From: Nitrospirota bacterium
GTDB taxonomy: Bacteria > Nitrospirota > UBA9217
DNA length: 64,000 nt
Assembly: GCA_963663225.1 (NCBI GenBank)
Contig: OY760142.1
Coordinates: 352,001-416,000, forward strand
Reading direction: 5' to 3'
Part shown: piece after piece, positions 1-9,708 of the stretch
How the letters are laid out: every line of letters starts with the position of its first letter
How positions within the stretch are numbered: position 1 is the stretch's first letter
The notes under the pieces: generated by a model
What the model was told of the DNA's origin: nothing
Databases searched by the model: none
Seen by the model: the letters and a program-made list of their open reading frames with translations, nothing else
Made by a program: the position numbers and the translations under genes

Positions 1-311
1 GAAGCCATGGAAAGACCGGTTGCGGTGCTCATCAGCTGTCCGGCCATGTCTACAGCGATAAATACAAGCCGGGCTGAAAAGCCGAGGGCTATTCCGAAAA
101 CGATTTCGCGCATGACTACGATCGGAATTTCCGGCCGTTCGACTTTGAACTCCACTATTGGTGAAAGAATCAGGGCGACGGCAACGGCAAATCCTATTTT
201 GACCTGTGCCGGAAAGTTGTCGCTGCTCAAAAACGGGAGCAGGCTTACCATGATTCCTGCACGGAGCAGAATAAAAAGAAAGTTCGGTATGTATTGGGTC
301 AGCAATTCCAT
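1..311 (-). CDS. fliR: Flagellar export protein FliR (5' part, runs off the window)
   Basis: Manual translation from the ATG at 311 gives MELLTQYIPNFLFILLRAGIMVSLLPFLSSDNFPAQVKIGFAVAVALIL...FIAVDMAGQLMSTATGLSMA, a FliR pattern; it follows fliQ. Confidence 0.92.
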   Translation of the reverse strand, partial: MELLTQYIPNFLFILLRAGIMVSLLPFLSSDNFPAQVKIGFAVAVALILSPIVEFKVERPEIPIVVMREIVFGIALGFSARLVFIAVDMAGQLMSTATGLSMA

Positions 312-347
312 AGTTGTCCTGTCCCGTAATTCTCCGGGAAATTTTAT

Positions 348-617
348 CTACCGTATATACACGGGTATATTCGTGATAATATTTGTTGTAAAGGTCATAA
401 GCACCCGTGCGATCCACGGGAACAAAATAAAGAGACACAAAAAAACTGCCAGCACTTTCGGCACAAACGTCAGGGTGAACTCCTGTATCTGCGTCACTGC
501 CTGGAACATGCTTATCAGTAATCCCACCACGAGACTTACGATCAGCACCGGTCCTGAGGCAAGCAGCACGGTTTTGAACACTTCTCCGGAAAGCTCTCGT
601 ACAACATCCACAGTCAT
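348..617 (-). CDS. fliQ: Flagellar export protein FliQ
   Basis: GLLISMFQAVTQIQEFTLTFVPK signature; the ATG at 617 overlaps the fliP stop (ATGA). Confidence 0.95.
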   Translation of the reverse strand: MTVDVVRELSGEVFKTVLLASGPVLIVSLVVGLLISMFQAVTQIQEFTLTFVPKVLAVFLCLFILFPWIARVLMTFTTNIITNIPVYIR

Positions 618-1246
618 TGGAAACTCCTTACAATCGAACCTACCACAAGATTCCATCCATCCACCAGGACGAACAGGAGAACCTTGAAGGGGAGCGAAAC
701 AAGCGTCGGTGGCAGCATCATCATACCCATGGACATCAGGATGCTCGACACCACCATGTCAATAATCAAAAAGGGAAGATATAAAAGAAAGCCGATTTCA
801 AAAGCTGTTTTCAATTCGCTGATCGCAAAAGCAGGCACCACAATCCGCAGAGGAAGGTCCGCGGGAGTTTCGGGTGTTTTTTCCTTCGCAATGTTCAGAA
901 AAAGCGCGATGTCTTTTTCCCGCGTCTGCTTCAGCATAAAAGCCTTTGCCGGGGGCGCAGCCCGTTCAAGCGCCTGTTTGATCGTTATGCGTTTGTCCAG
1001 GTACGGGTTCAACGCTTCCTTGGTGATTGTGTCGATCGTCGGCGACATGACATACATCGTCAGAAACAGCGCGAGCCCCACCAGCACCATGTTCGGCGGA
1101 ATCGACTGGGTGCCGAGCGCCTGCTTCAGAAACGAGAGCACGACCACGATCCTCGTAAATGATGTGAACATGATAAGGACCGCTGGCAAAAGCGACAGAA
1201 AGCTTATCAACAGAAAGACTTCTATTACCGGATCATTGATGGTCAT
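614..1246 (-). CDS. fliP: Flagellar export pore protein FliP (no N-terminal signal peptide)
   Basis: TSFTRIVVVLSFLKQALGTQSIPPN, PAFAISELKTAFEIGF and LPFKVLLFVLVDGW motifs. Confidence 0.96.
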   Translation of the reverse strand: MTINDPVIEVFLLISFLSLLPAVLIMFTSFTRIVVVLSFLKQALGTQSIPPNMVLVGLALFLTMYVMSPTIDTITKEALNPYLDKRITIKQALERAAPPAKAFMLKQTREKDIALFLNIAKEKTPETPADLPLRIVVPAFAISELKTAFEIGFLLYLPFLIIDMVVSSILMSMGMMMLPPTLVSLPFKVLLFVLVDGWNLVVGSIVRSFQ

Positions 1247-1559
1247 ACAGTGTTTCCTTCAGCTGTTTTAATTTTTTCAGTTTGTCACCCGTTTCTTTCA
1301 CGACGGGTTCGACTTTGATGTCGTCGGACTCATAGGTCCTGAGCAGCCTCACATCCGACGGTGTGACGCCAAGCAGGAGGACCTCCGTCCCGACCTTGAC
1401 CGCGATCAACCCTTTCCTCGGTCCGAGCGACTGGTGCGCCACGACTTTCATCATGCTTCCTGTCATCTGTTGCCTTTTTTTCAGAAAAAGGCCCATCACG
1501 ACGATCAGTCCGATGACGGCCGCAAGGGCAAATGCCATCTGCAGGTATGCGGTAATCAT
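1233..1559 (-). CDS. fliO: Flagellar biosynthesis protein FliO
   Basis: N-terminal TM then SLGPRKGLIAVKVGTEVLLLGVT; lies between fliN and fliP. Confidence 0.88.
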   Translation of the reverse strand: MITAYLQMAFALAAVIGLIVVMGLFLKKRQQMTGSMMKVVAHQSLGPRKGLIAVKVGTEVLLLGVTPSDVRLLRTYESDDIKVEPVVKETGDKLKKLKQLKETLYDHQ

Positions 1560-1939
1560 TTCAGTTGCCGTATCCTTTCCGTAGGGCTGATGATGTCCGT
1601 AAGCCGGACTCCGAATTTTTCATTTACGACGACCACTTCGCCGCGGGCCACCAGTTTGTCGTTCACCAGGATCTCCATGGGCTCGCCGGCAATCTTTTCG
1701 AGTTCGATCACCGATCCCTGGCCGAGTTGAAGAAGATCTTTGATCAGCATGCGCACTCTGCCGACTTCCACGCTTATTTCAAGGGGAATATCCAGCAGAA
1801 AATCGATGTCCCTTGCCTTTACCTGCCCATTTCCATCATCCTTCAGCTCTTCGAAGGCGGCGCCTTGCGGCTGCACTTTCGGAGCCGCCTGCGGCTGCGG
1901 TGCCTTGGGGGCAGTTTGTACTTGTGCTTGCTCTGCCAT
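1556..1939 (-). CDS. fliN: Flagellar motor switch protein FliN
   Basis: LLDIPLEISVEVGR...LVARGEVVVVNEKFGVRLTDI SpoA domain. Confidence 0.96.
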   Translation of the reverse strand: MAEQAQVQTAPKAPQPQAAPKVQPQGAAFEELKDDGNGQVKARDIDFLLDIPLEISVEVGRVRMLIKDLLQLGQGSVIELEKIAGEPMEILVNDKLVARGEVVVVNEKFGVRLTDIISPTERIRQLK

Positions 1940-1954
1940 GTCTGTCTCCTTAAT

Positions 1955-2923
1955 TTAATTGGTTTTCGTCAGTCGTATGGCTTGGTTTCCCCTGCTGTAT
2001 CCTGGCCGTCCGCTGAATTTCGGCACATCTTCAACTGTAACCGTAATGTCGTCTGTTGAACTCTTTCCAAGAGTAATCACGTCTCCAACTTTCAGGCTCA
2101 TCAAGTCTCCGAAAGTCAACCGCGCCCGATCCATCTCCGCGACAACTTTAACCCTTGACCCCATGAGTATTTCTTTCAGTCGTTCCACCCAGCGCTGGTC
2201 GGTCCCGAATTTGTCACTTTGAATGCCGGAATAAATCTTTTCCTTCACCGGTTCGATCATGGAATAGGGTATGCAGAAAAAAAGCTTCCCGGTGAAGTCT
2301 TCGACTTCCACATGAATTTCTATTTTTATGACAATTTCACTCGGCGTAACGATCGTTACAAACTGCGGGTTCATCTCTGCACTCACATGCTCCGGACGTA
2401 TCTGTTCGATGCCGTTCCAGGAGGTTGCCAGGTCATGAAGAGCCATGGTGATGACTTTTTTAATCACCCGCTGTTCAATAGAGGTAAACGACCGGCCTTC
2501 GGATTTGACGTTCCTGACGCTCCCGCCGCCGAAGAAAAACTCCACACATGCGAATACAAATGGAGCTTCAAGCACGCACAGCGCGAACCCTTTGAGCGGT
2601 TCCATCCTGAAGATATTGATGCTTGAAGGAAAGGGAATCGTTTTCATCAGTTCGCCAAACTTGAGGACCTGCACATTCTGCACCGAAGTATCGACAAACT
2701 TCATCATAAATCCGGACACCGAGTTGCGGAAAAGCCTTGCAAAACGCTCGTTTGCCATTTCCAAACCCGGCATTCTGCCCCTGACTATCCGCTCCTGGTT
2801 TGCCAGATTGTACACCCTGATACCGCCCATAAGCTTTTTCTTGGCTTCTTCAGTATCGATATCGCCGGACTGTACGCCCCTCAACAGGGAATCAACTTCG
2901 TCTTGAGAAAGAATGTCATTCAT
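1955..2923 (-). CDS. fliM: Flagellar motor switch protein FliM
   Basis: N-terminal CheY-binding ILSQDEVDSLL, FFGGG and EMNPQF motifs. Confidence 0.96.
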   Translation of the reverse strand: MNDILSQDEVDSLLRGVQSGDIDTEEAKKKLMGGIRVYNLANQERIVRGRMPGLEMANERFARLFRNSVSGFMMKFVDTSVQNVQVLKFGELMKTIPFPSSINIFRMEPLKGFALCVLEAPFVFACVEFFFGGGSVRNVKSEGRSFTSIEQRVIKKVITMALHDLATSWNGIEQIRPEHVSAEMNPQFVTIVTPSEIVIKIEIHVEVEDFTGKLFFCIPYSMIEPVKEKIYSGIQSDKFGTDQRWVERLKEILMGSRVKVVAEMDRARLTFGDLMSLKVGDVITLGKSSTDDITVTVEDVPKFSGRPGYSRGNQAIRLTKTN

Positions 2924-3420
2924 TGCATTACAAACTCCGTAAAGTAGAGATTTTTAAAAATTTCTTTTCCGATGGCCAGGTTTGCTCTCAGAAGAAGTTC
3001 ATCCTTAAGCTGAAACTTTCCCTCCGGGCTGGACACGGCATCAACAGACTTGCTGCTCACCAGCGTAATAATGGCGTCCCGCAACTGGGGATTTTTTTCA
3101 GTGACCAGCGGCTGGTTTGCAGCGTCTCCCAATTCAAACTGCATGGAAACTTTCAAAAATCTGCCCTGCTCGGCAAGATTCACAACAAAGGGATCCAGCG
3201 CGATAAGCACTGTTTTTGCCGGCGCTTTTTTCTCTTCATTCTTTGCCTCGGCGGATTTTCCCTTACTTCCCGCAAAATGCATGTAGGCAAAAACACCGCC
3301 CGCGAGGGAAAGCACCAAAATACCGACAATAATCAACAGGCTTTTATTGCTTCCACGCGCCGGTTTCTGTTTCCCTTCTTCCTGCTCTTGCTCATTTTCT
3401 TCTTTTTTTGCCTCGGCCAT
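2920..3420 (-). CDS. fliL: Flagellar basal body protein FliL
   Basis: Single TM, LDPFVVNL, RDAII and YFTEFVMQ; AAGGAGGAG RBS before the ATG at 3420. Confidence 0.94.
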   Translation of the reverse strand: MAEAKKEENEQEQEEGKQKPARGSNKSLLIIVGILVLSLAGGVFAYMHFAGSKGKSAEAKNEEKKAPAKTVLIALDPFVVNLAEQGRFLKVSMQFELGDAANQPLVTEKNPQLRDAIITLVSSKSVDAVSSPEGKFQLKDELLLRANLAIGKEIFKNLYFTEFVMQ

Positions 3421-3667
3421 TTGCAACTCCTCCTTGCCATTCAAAGCTCGGCTAACGATCATAGATATTCAAATTGCATGCCCGACGCAACATACTGATA
3501 AAAAAGAACTTTACTATTTTCAAGTACGTCAAATTAATGACTCTGATAAATATTTGCCAAATAATGATGGACGATTTGACGGTATGTGCAAAATCCATCT
3601 TGCTTAAAATGCGTCACAACAGTACAATTCAACTAATCATCGCCTGAATGAAGGATCCGCAAATACT

Positions 3668-4744
3668 ATGGACAATCCTCTTGCGATAACTGCCGGTCAG
3701 GCAGGAAACCTGTACCCGACCACAAAAACACCACTCTCCCTGCGCCCCGGCCAAGTCATACGGGCAGTCGTGCAGGACATCATTTCCGAGGATACCGTTC
3801 TTCTTCAGTTTGGAAACACGCCCATTCAGGCAAAAACCGATCTTCCTTTGAATGCCGGACAGGTCCTCTTTTTGAAAGTCGACACGCTCGGTAGTGAGAT
3901 ACGACTGCGCGTCACGGCCGGTCCGCAAGAGAACGATGCGGCGCTGGTGGATGCATTGCTGACATCTCTTTCACGGCTGAAAACACTGGAACCGGCCGCA
4001 GCGGGTCTTGAGAAGCTGGCAGGGCTCCTGCATGCAATCCCGGAAGGGATCAAGAACAGGGTTCCCGAGCTTTCCATGCTGGGTAAGCTTTTTTTCCCCA
4101 TCGAAGCGCTGGACGGTGATGCGCTCAAGAAGGCCGTCATTGACAGCGGTGTATTGTTTGAAGCAAAACTGCGTATTATCGCGGAACAAGCAGTACGGGA
4201 GGGGGGGGCGACGGGAGTGCAGATCCCCGGCAGCGACCTTAAAGGAGTCCTTCTTGCCGTCAAGGATGCTCTTGCCGATTCCGGTGTTTCGGGAGCTCTC
4301 CGGGACGCCGGAGTGAGCACACAGCAGCTTAACCAAACACTTGATAAACTTGTCGGAAACATTGAACTCCAGCAGATACAATCAAAGCTCGGAGATACGC
4401 TTCAACTGTTCCTGCCTGTACTCTGGAACGAACTGAAAGAAGAATGGATATCATTCAAAAAAACCAGGAGCAGTTCAGTTGATACCGGCTATGCCTGCAC
4501 CATAAATCTTGAACTCGAACGAATCGGGAAATTGCGGTCCCACGTTCTTTTGCAGTCCGGGCGTATTCACGTTAAAATGATCTGCGACAACCCCGCGTTT
4601 GTGGAAATAATGCGGAATCACTCAGAGCTTCTCGGCAGACAGCTTGAATCCGCCGGTCTGAAAACGGGAGGCATCTCGGCTGCACTGAAGCAGAATCTGG
4701 ACTTCAGCCAAGATGTTTCCACAGGATTGGATTTGCACATATGA
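3668..4744 (+). CDS. FliK-like (hook-length control C-terminal domain) protein
   Basis: C-terminal LELERIGKL...L..QLESAGL...LDLHI resembles the FliK C domain; coupled (ATGA) to a FlhB-like gene. Confidence 0.7.
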   Translation: MDNPLAITAGQAGNLYPTTKTPLSLRPGQVIRAVVQDIISEDTVLLQFGNTPIQAKTDLPLNAGQVLFLKVDTLGSEIRLRVTAGPQENDAALVDALLTSLSRLKTLEPAAAGLEKLAGLLHAIPEGIKNRVPELSMLGKLFFPIEALDGDALKKAVIDSGVLFEAKLRIIAEQAVREGGATGVQIPGSDLKGVLLAVKDALADSGVSGALRDAGVSTQQLNQTLDKLVGNIELQQIQSKLGDTLQLFLPVLWNELKEEWISFKKTRSSSVDTGYACTINLELERIGKLRSHVLLQSGRIHVKMICDNPAFVEIMRNHSELLGRQLESAGLKTGGISAALKQNLDFSQDVSTGLDLHI

Positions 4745-5019
4745 GGGATAAGCAAAGAAAAGCTGCGGCACTAAAATACCAGCGTGGTTCCCAGACTGCG
4801 CCAGCGGTTGTGGCAAAAGGGAAAGGTGCTGTGGCAGACCGTATCATCGCCCTTGCGCGGGAGCACGGCGTCCCCATACGGGAAGACCGGAACCTGGTGG
4901 AGGCCCTTTCCACGCTGGATCTTGACTCTGAAATACCTCCCGAACTCTATAAAGCGGTCGCAGAGGTGCTTGCCTTTATCTATCGATTAAGTGAAGAAAC
5001 CAAAAAGTCCGCGCTCTAG
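4741..5019 (+). CDS. Stand-alone FlhB C-terminal domain protein (EscU/YscU/HrcU family)
   Basis: KAAALKY...APAVVAKGKG..A..II..AREHGVP...EIPPELYKAVAEVLAFIY. Confidence 0.92.
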   Translation: MRDKQRKAAALKYQRGSQTAPAVVAKGKGAVADRIIALAREHGVPIREDRNLVEALSTLDLDSEIPPELYKAVAEVLAFIYRLSEETKKSAL

Positions 5020-5067
5020 CTGTTGTCGAAGTGTCCGTTCCCTGTCAAAAAAATCTCCGAGTTGCAC

Positions 5068-5094
5068 TTAAGTTATTTACAATAATGCCGATAG
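5068..5094 (+). promoter_or_regulatory. Putative sigma28 (FliA) promoter of the HD-GYP gene
   Basis: TTAAGTTA-N11-GCCGATAG versus the consensus TAAAGTTT-N11-GCCGATAA. Confidence 0.7.
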
Positions 5095-5215
5095 ATACGA
5101 ATAGTAAAATATGCAGTTAAAATCCACATCATTATCGGCACATAACCATCTGAATAATTTGAATATTATCAAAACAAGAACGCACAGACAGCATACAGGA
5201 AAATAACTTTAGTCC

Positions 5216-6478
5216 ATGACTGACACGTTTACCCAAACTATTGATGAACAGTTGATTCCCATGGCCATTGAAAAGTTTGTCGAGGGTGTGGCATCTCCCT
5301 GCGATATTTTTCTGAATGACAATGGAAAGACCGTGGCGCTTTTTAACCGGGGAATGATTTTTGACGCTTCAACCATGAGCGTTCTCCGTAAACAGGGCGT
5401 TACAGAAGTCCTTATTAAAAAAGATGAAGAGCACAAGGTCGCGGCTCAAAGAATACAGCAGGAATTTGCAGAAGAGGCTGCCCCTGTCATGCCTGAGACG
5501 CCTGTTCCTCCTGCCATGGATTTTAAGGAATATTCTGTCAAGAAAGAGCAGCACTTTCAGATAGACGGAAAACTGCTGGTTCCGGGAACAGATGTGCATT
5601 TCAATATTTATACCTTCAACCAGGCTGCTTTGCGCATGGTCGTCGAGGCGTCGGAGCAGTCGCCTGCCAGAATTCCTGAGTCCATTCGGAACACAACCGA
5701 AGAGCTTGTTATCAATAATGCCGACATCCCTTCTTACCAGGCATATTTGAACGGCCTACTGGCATCCTCAAGCATCCCAACGGCGGAAATATCGTGGATC
5801 AAATCAACTGTCATCAAGGAAAATTCGAAGCTGATTGTTAAAGACCTGCTTGATAATCCGCGCAGCGGTGAAAAAATCAAAGAATCAATTGTCATGGTGA
5901 ACAAAATGGTGGACGGCATCCTGGAGAACCGGGACGCAGTGTACGAACTGCTTTCCATCAGGAGTCATGACTACTATACCTACACGCATTCGGTGAACGT
6001 GGCAGCCCTTTCGGTCGGACTGGGCATCGCGAGCGGACTGAATAGAAGCAGTCTTGAGAAACTCGGCATCGGAACCATGCTGCATGACCTGGGGAAGAGT
6101 GCCATCCCTCATGAAATTCTGAATAAACCGGAGAAGCTTACTGATGATGAATTCCGCATCATGAAAAGCCATGTTCTGGAAAGTGAAAAAATACTCAGGA
6201 AGCAGAAAGAAATTCCGGAAGAATCCTATGCGGCGGTGCTTCAACACCATGAAAGGTTATCAGGCAAGGGATATCCCTTCGGGCTGGCAGGAACGGAAGT
6301 TAAATTATTCGGCAGGATTTCGGCGATTGCTGATTGTTATGATGCCATAACGACCAAACGGGTATACAAACCGGCATTCGCGCCGTTTCAGGCTTTATCG
6401 ATCATGGTGAACGAGACCGGGAATTACGATCCGGATCTTATGGCTGTCTTTATAAAAATGCTGGGTAAAATTACTTAG
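5216..6478 (+). CDS. HD-GYP domain c-di-GMP phosphodiesterase
   Basis: YTYTHSVNV, LHDLGK, HHERLSGKGYPFGL and IADCYDA motifs. Confidence 0.93.
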   Translation: MTDTFTQTIDEQLIPMAIEKFVEGVASPCDIFLNDNGKTVALFNRGMIFDASTMSVLRKQGVTEVLIKKDEEHKVAAQRIQQEFAEEAAPVMPETPVPPAMDFKEYSVKKEQHFQIDGKLLVPGTDVHFNIYTFNQAALRMVVEASEQSPARIPESIRNTTEELVINNADIPSYQAYLNGLLASSSIPTAEISWIKSTVIKENSKLIVKDLLDNPRSGEKIKESIVMVNKMVDGILENRDAVYELLSIRSHDYYTYTHSVNVAALSVGLGIASGLNRSSLEKLGIGTMLHDLGKSAIPHEILNKPEKLTDDEFRIMKSHVLESEKILRKQKEIPEESYAAVLQHHERLSGKGYPFGLAGTEVKLFGRISAIADCYDAITTKRVYKPAFAPFQALSIMVNETGNYDPDLMAVFIKMLGKIT

Positions 6479-6667
6479 GCAGATACGTCCATCACGGCAG
6501 ACGCGTCTGCATACTTCATCCCCCCCGAGGAGGTTTCTCCGTATACTGTATGTAATACCCGTTTCGAGATTTTGGAAACGCAAAAGCATGGAGTAGTGCG
6601 GGAAACCTCCCCTCCCTTAACTGCTTATTCTGAACGGTTACAGTCATTGCAAAAAAATGTCGCTGTT

Positions 6668-7225
6668 TTACGGAACGTTGTATTTCCAATGGTGGCACTG
6701 AGCGCAGAAATTTTCCGCCCGTGCGTGCACGTGATGGCACAGAAGACAGTCAAGCTCTCCCATGTGCGACTGATGAGGGCTGGGCAGCGCTTTGTCCGTT
6801 AGCACAAGATTGGTTTTGTAGTCGGCATGGCAATCGAGGCATTTCTGCCCCTCAGGACTCGTAGCCGGCCGTTCCTTCCCATGACAGTCGCTGCAGCTGA
6901 TGCCGCTGAGCTGGTGCATATGGCCCGACGTCATTTTTCCTCTGAGTGTTCCAGGTTTCTTGGCGTCCCCTGTTTTCTGGTGGCAGCCCAGACAGCGCTT
7001 GTACGTCATCCCATCGGTTTTCACATGCGCAGCCGGCAGTACCGTCTGGTCCCCGTGACAAATGATGCAATCACCCGGTTTGGCATTTTCATTTTGTTTC
7101 GGCCCGGAAAAAGCGTTTCCGGAGCAGAAACCGCACCAGACATATACAGCACACAGCATGAGGATGATTCGAACGCAAACGCCGGTTTTCGCTGAGCTGT
7201 TTGATTCCCGATAATAATTCAACAC
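6668..7225 (-). CDS. Periplasmic hexaheme cytochrome c (flavocytochrome c heme-subunit type)
   Basis: Six CxxCH motifs (CIICH, CLGCH, CSDCH, CLDCH, CLLCH, CAQCH); PH.SH.GE tetraheme C-terminal pattern; signal peptide. Confidence 0.88.
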   Translation of the reverse strand: MLNYYRESNSSAKTGVCVRIILMLCAVYVWCGFCSGNAFSGPKQNENAKPGDCIICHGDQTVLPAAHVKTDGMTYKRCLGCHQKTGDAKKPGTLRGKMTSGHMHQLSGISCSDCHGKERPATSPEGQKCLDCHADYKTNLVLTDKALPSPHQSHMGELDCLLCHHVHARAENFCAQCHHWKYNVP

Positions 7226-7269
7226 GCATCTCTCCTTTGTTTGTTAAGCAACTGCATGTCTTTCCCGAA

Positions 7270-7989
7270 TCAATTTCCTCCCGGTATTTTCATGTCATAC
7301 CTGGAATGACAGCCATTGCAATATGCATATGACGCTTTGTGAGCATGATGGCAAACAACACAATCTATCTCCCCCAAATGGGAATTATGCGGATTCCTGT
7401 TCGGCTGCTTTACAGATTTTGTCCGGGCCGCAATATCCGCATACGATCCATGGCAGGCGCTGCATCGTTCATTTTCAACCGTATCTCCTTTTACAGGAAA
7501 TACAGACCCATGGCAAGCAACGCACCCCACATTTTGTTTCGCGTGAATTGCATCAAGGTTCCGAGATTCCACCCAGGACACGGCTGCCTGTTGTGCAAGC
7601 GCCATATCTTCCTTAAGCGGCTTTCCCCATGATATCGTGGAACCGATCAGGCCAAAACTTGTTCCCGGTTTATACTGATGACACACGGTACAATCAACCG
7701 GTGGAGTGCCGGCAATATGTTTCGCATGCATTTTCGTAAAATATGCGCTCGCCACGGGACCGCCGGATTTCGATGGATCATGGCATTTCAGGCAAGCGCT
7801 GATGCCTGAGACGGAGACGGAAGGGTGTTTTTCAGGAAGAATTACGGACAACGTTGTATGACAGGTTTTGCACGTCCCGGCGCTTTTCGCTTTCGTTGCA
7901 GTGGATTTATCGGCGGCATACACCCCAGAGGCAAGCAAACCGAGCAAAAGGGCGATACATGCTGTTCTTGTCTTTCTCATGGGAAACAA
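7270..7989 (-). CDS. Periplasmic heptaheme cytochrome c
   Basis: Seven CxxCH motifs (CKTCH, CLKCH, CTVCH, CVACH, CSACH, CVVCH, CNGCH); Sec signal ending VYA. Confidence 0.9.
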   Translation of the reverse strand: MFPMRKTRTACIALLLGLLASGVYAADKSTATKAKSAGTCKTCHTTLSVILPEKHPSVSVSGISACLKCHDPSKSGGPVASAYFTKMHAKHIAGTPPVDCTVCHQYKPGTSFGLIGSTISWGKPLKEDMALAQQAAVSWVESRNLDAIHAKQNVGCVACHGSVFPVKGDTVENERCSACHGSYADIAARTKSVKQPNRNPHNSHLGEIDCVVCHHAHKASYAYCNGCHSRYDMKIPGGN

Positions 7990-8027
7990 GGCCTCCTTTC
8001 AATCGTCTTGTTGGTATGCGGACATTG

Positions 8028-8060
8028 AAAAGGCCCGGCGTGCAATTACAGCCGGGCCTT
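8028..8060 (-). terminator. Hairpin plus short U-tract between the flavoprotein and cytochrome genes
   Basis: AAGGCCCGGC-N11-GCCGGGCCTT followed by TT on the minus strand. Confidence 0.55.
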
Positions 8061-8074
8061 GCTCTGCTGCGTCG

Positions 8075-9664
8075 TCAAACTTTCTCTTTTGCTGCATTCA
8101 TGCCTGCTATGCGGCCGAACACCACTGCGTCGGGAGTGGCATTGGCCCCCAGCCGGTTATTGCCATGCACACCGCCGGTCACCTCGCCTGCAGCATACAG
8201 CCGCGGGATCGGGTCTCCCCATATGTCAATGACCTGGGCGGAAGGATTAATTCTGAGCCCGCCCATGCAGTGGTGGACCGAAGGCCACTGGGCAACGCTG
8301 TAATATGGCCCCTTTTCTATTGCCGTCATTACCGGAGTGTACGGTTTATTAAACTCAGGGTCTTTGCCTGCCTTCAGATACTGGTTATGCTTCCCAATTG
8401 TCTCTTCGAGAGCAACCGCCGGCACACCCATCTGCTTAGCAAGCTCGGCTAGAGAGGCCGCCTTCCAGACACGGCCCGCCGCAATCCCGCCATTAACCTC
8501 TTCCTGGGTGGTCACCTTCGGTATCATTTCTTCCGTGAACACACAGAAAGCGCGTTTCATGCCCGTATTGATTTCCGCCCGCGCAACAACATCTCGCCGC
8601 TCCAGTTCGCTCACAAACCGCTTCCCGAGCGGCGTAACAAAAACACCGCCGTAGCTCGGCATACGCGAAGGATACAGCGCATATTTATCGAGAGTGCCGC
8701 TGTCAGGGTCCGCCGTGGGATATAGCTGAATGAAACTGAGTTGAAGCGCGTCAGCGCCGATCGCCTGTGCGTACCGGATCACTTCTCCGGTCGCACCCGG
8801 CTGATTTGTACAGTTGTATGCGTCCGTGATATTGGGGTTGAACATCTGCCGCATCTTCACATCGCGCCCGAAACCTCCCGTGGTGAGCACCAGGGCTTTT
8901 TTTATTTTTATGTTCTTGGCGCCCCGGGGTGTTTCAACTTCAACGCCGAGCACCGGGCCTGCCGGGTCTTTGCGCCAGATCCAGCTTACTTTTGTGTTGA
9001 GACGGATCTTTTTGACACCGTTTCGGTCCGCGATCTTTTTGATCGCGTCAACGTAGCCTCGTCCCGTTCCGTCGATGCTGATATGGTCCCGGTATGCGGA
9101 ATGTCCGCCTATGCGGGCCAACACATTTTTCAGTTTGAGACCGCCTTCATCGACCATCCAGTCAAGCGCAGCCGGAGCGTTGTTTACCAGCACCCGCACT
9201 AATTCCGGAATATTGTAGTAATCGCCGCCTTTCAGCGTGTCCTGATAGTGAAGTTCAGCGCTGTCCTCGCCCAGTTTCAGTTTTTGGCGGAGTTGCTGAT
9301 TGTCAGTCCAGGCGTTGTACCCGCCGCCGTTAATCGTAGAGTTGCCGCCGGAAATAGGCATCTTCTCGAGAATGACGGTGTTGCTGCCCCGTGCCGCCGC
9401 TTCCGCAGCCGCGGCCAAACCGGCAAATCCTGAACCGACAATAACAACGTCTGTTTCCTCGTCCCATTTCTTGGGAAGCATGCGGACGGTCGCGGCTTCC
9501 GCATCTCCCCGAAAAACACCCAGCGACAAAGCCGGCACTGCTGCAAGCGCTCCGACTCCTCCCGCAGCCTTGAGAAAACTTCGACGGCTCAGAGAACCGT
9601 CCCCGGATTTTGCCTTTGCTGCAGATTTGTTTGCTGTGGTCTTGGATGAGTCGTCCTTTTGCAT
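8075..9664 (-). CDS. Tat-exported FAD-dependent reductase (flavocytochrome c flavin subunit; fumarate/urocanate/methacrylate reductase superfamily)
   Basis: SRRSFLK twin-Arg, VGSGFAG FAD site, ELERRD, HHCMGG and GGVHGNNRLGANA. Confidence 0.92.
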   Translation of the reverse strand: MQKDDSSKTTANKSAAKAKSGDGSLSRRSFLKAAGGVGALAAVPALSLGVFRGDAEAATVRMLPKKWDEETDVVIVGSGFAGLAAAAEAAARGSNTVILEKMPISGGNSTINGGGYNAWTDNQQLRQKLKLGEDSAELHYQDTLKGGDYYNIPELVRVLVNNAPAALDWMVDEGGLKLKNVLARIGGHSAYRDHISIDGTGRGYVDAIKKIADRNGVKKIRLNTKVSWIWRKDPAGPVLGVEVETPRGAKNIKIKKALVLTTGGFGRDVKMRQMFNPNITDAYNCTNQPGATGEVIRYAQAIGADALQLSFIQLYPTADPDSGTLDKYALYPSRMPSYGGVFVTPLGKRFVSELERRDVVARAEINTGMKRAFCVFTEEMIPKVTTQEEVNGGIAAGRVWKAASLAELAKQMGVPAVALEETIGKHNQYLKAGKDPEFNKPYTPVMTAIEKGPYYSVAQWPSVHHCMGGLRINPSAQVIDIWGDPIPRLYAAGEVTGGVHGNNRLGANATPDAVVFGRIAGMNAAKEKV

Positions 9665-9708
9665 AATAAGCTCCTATCGTTTTCTATTCATATGCAATCG
9701 CATGCCGT

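Noticed and set aside
7-1271. Long plus-strand ORFs opposite fliR/Q/P (and similar antisense ORFs across the window, e.g. 22118-23008, 24621-25304, 44125-44955)
   Set aside because: These are shadow ORFs of well-supported genes on the other strand, with no motifs or RBS.
3468-3486. sigma54 promoter for fliL (GGGCATGCAATTTGAA on the minus strand)
   Set aside because: The -12 element is GA rather than GC; plausible but too weak to list as a feature.
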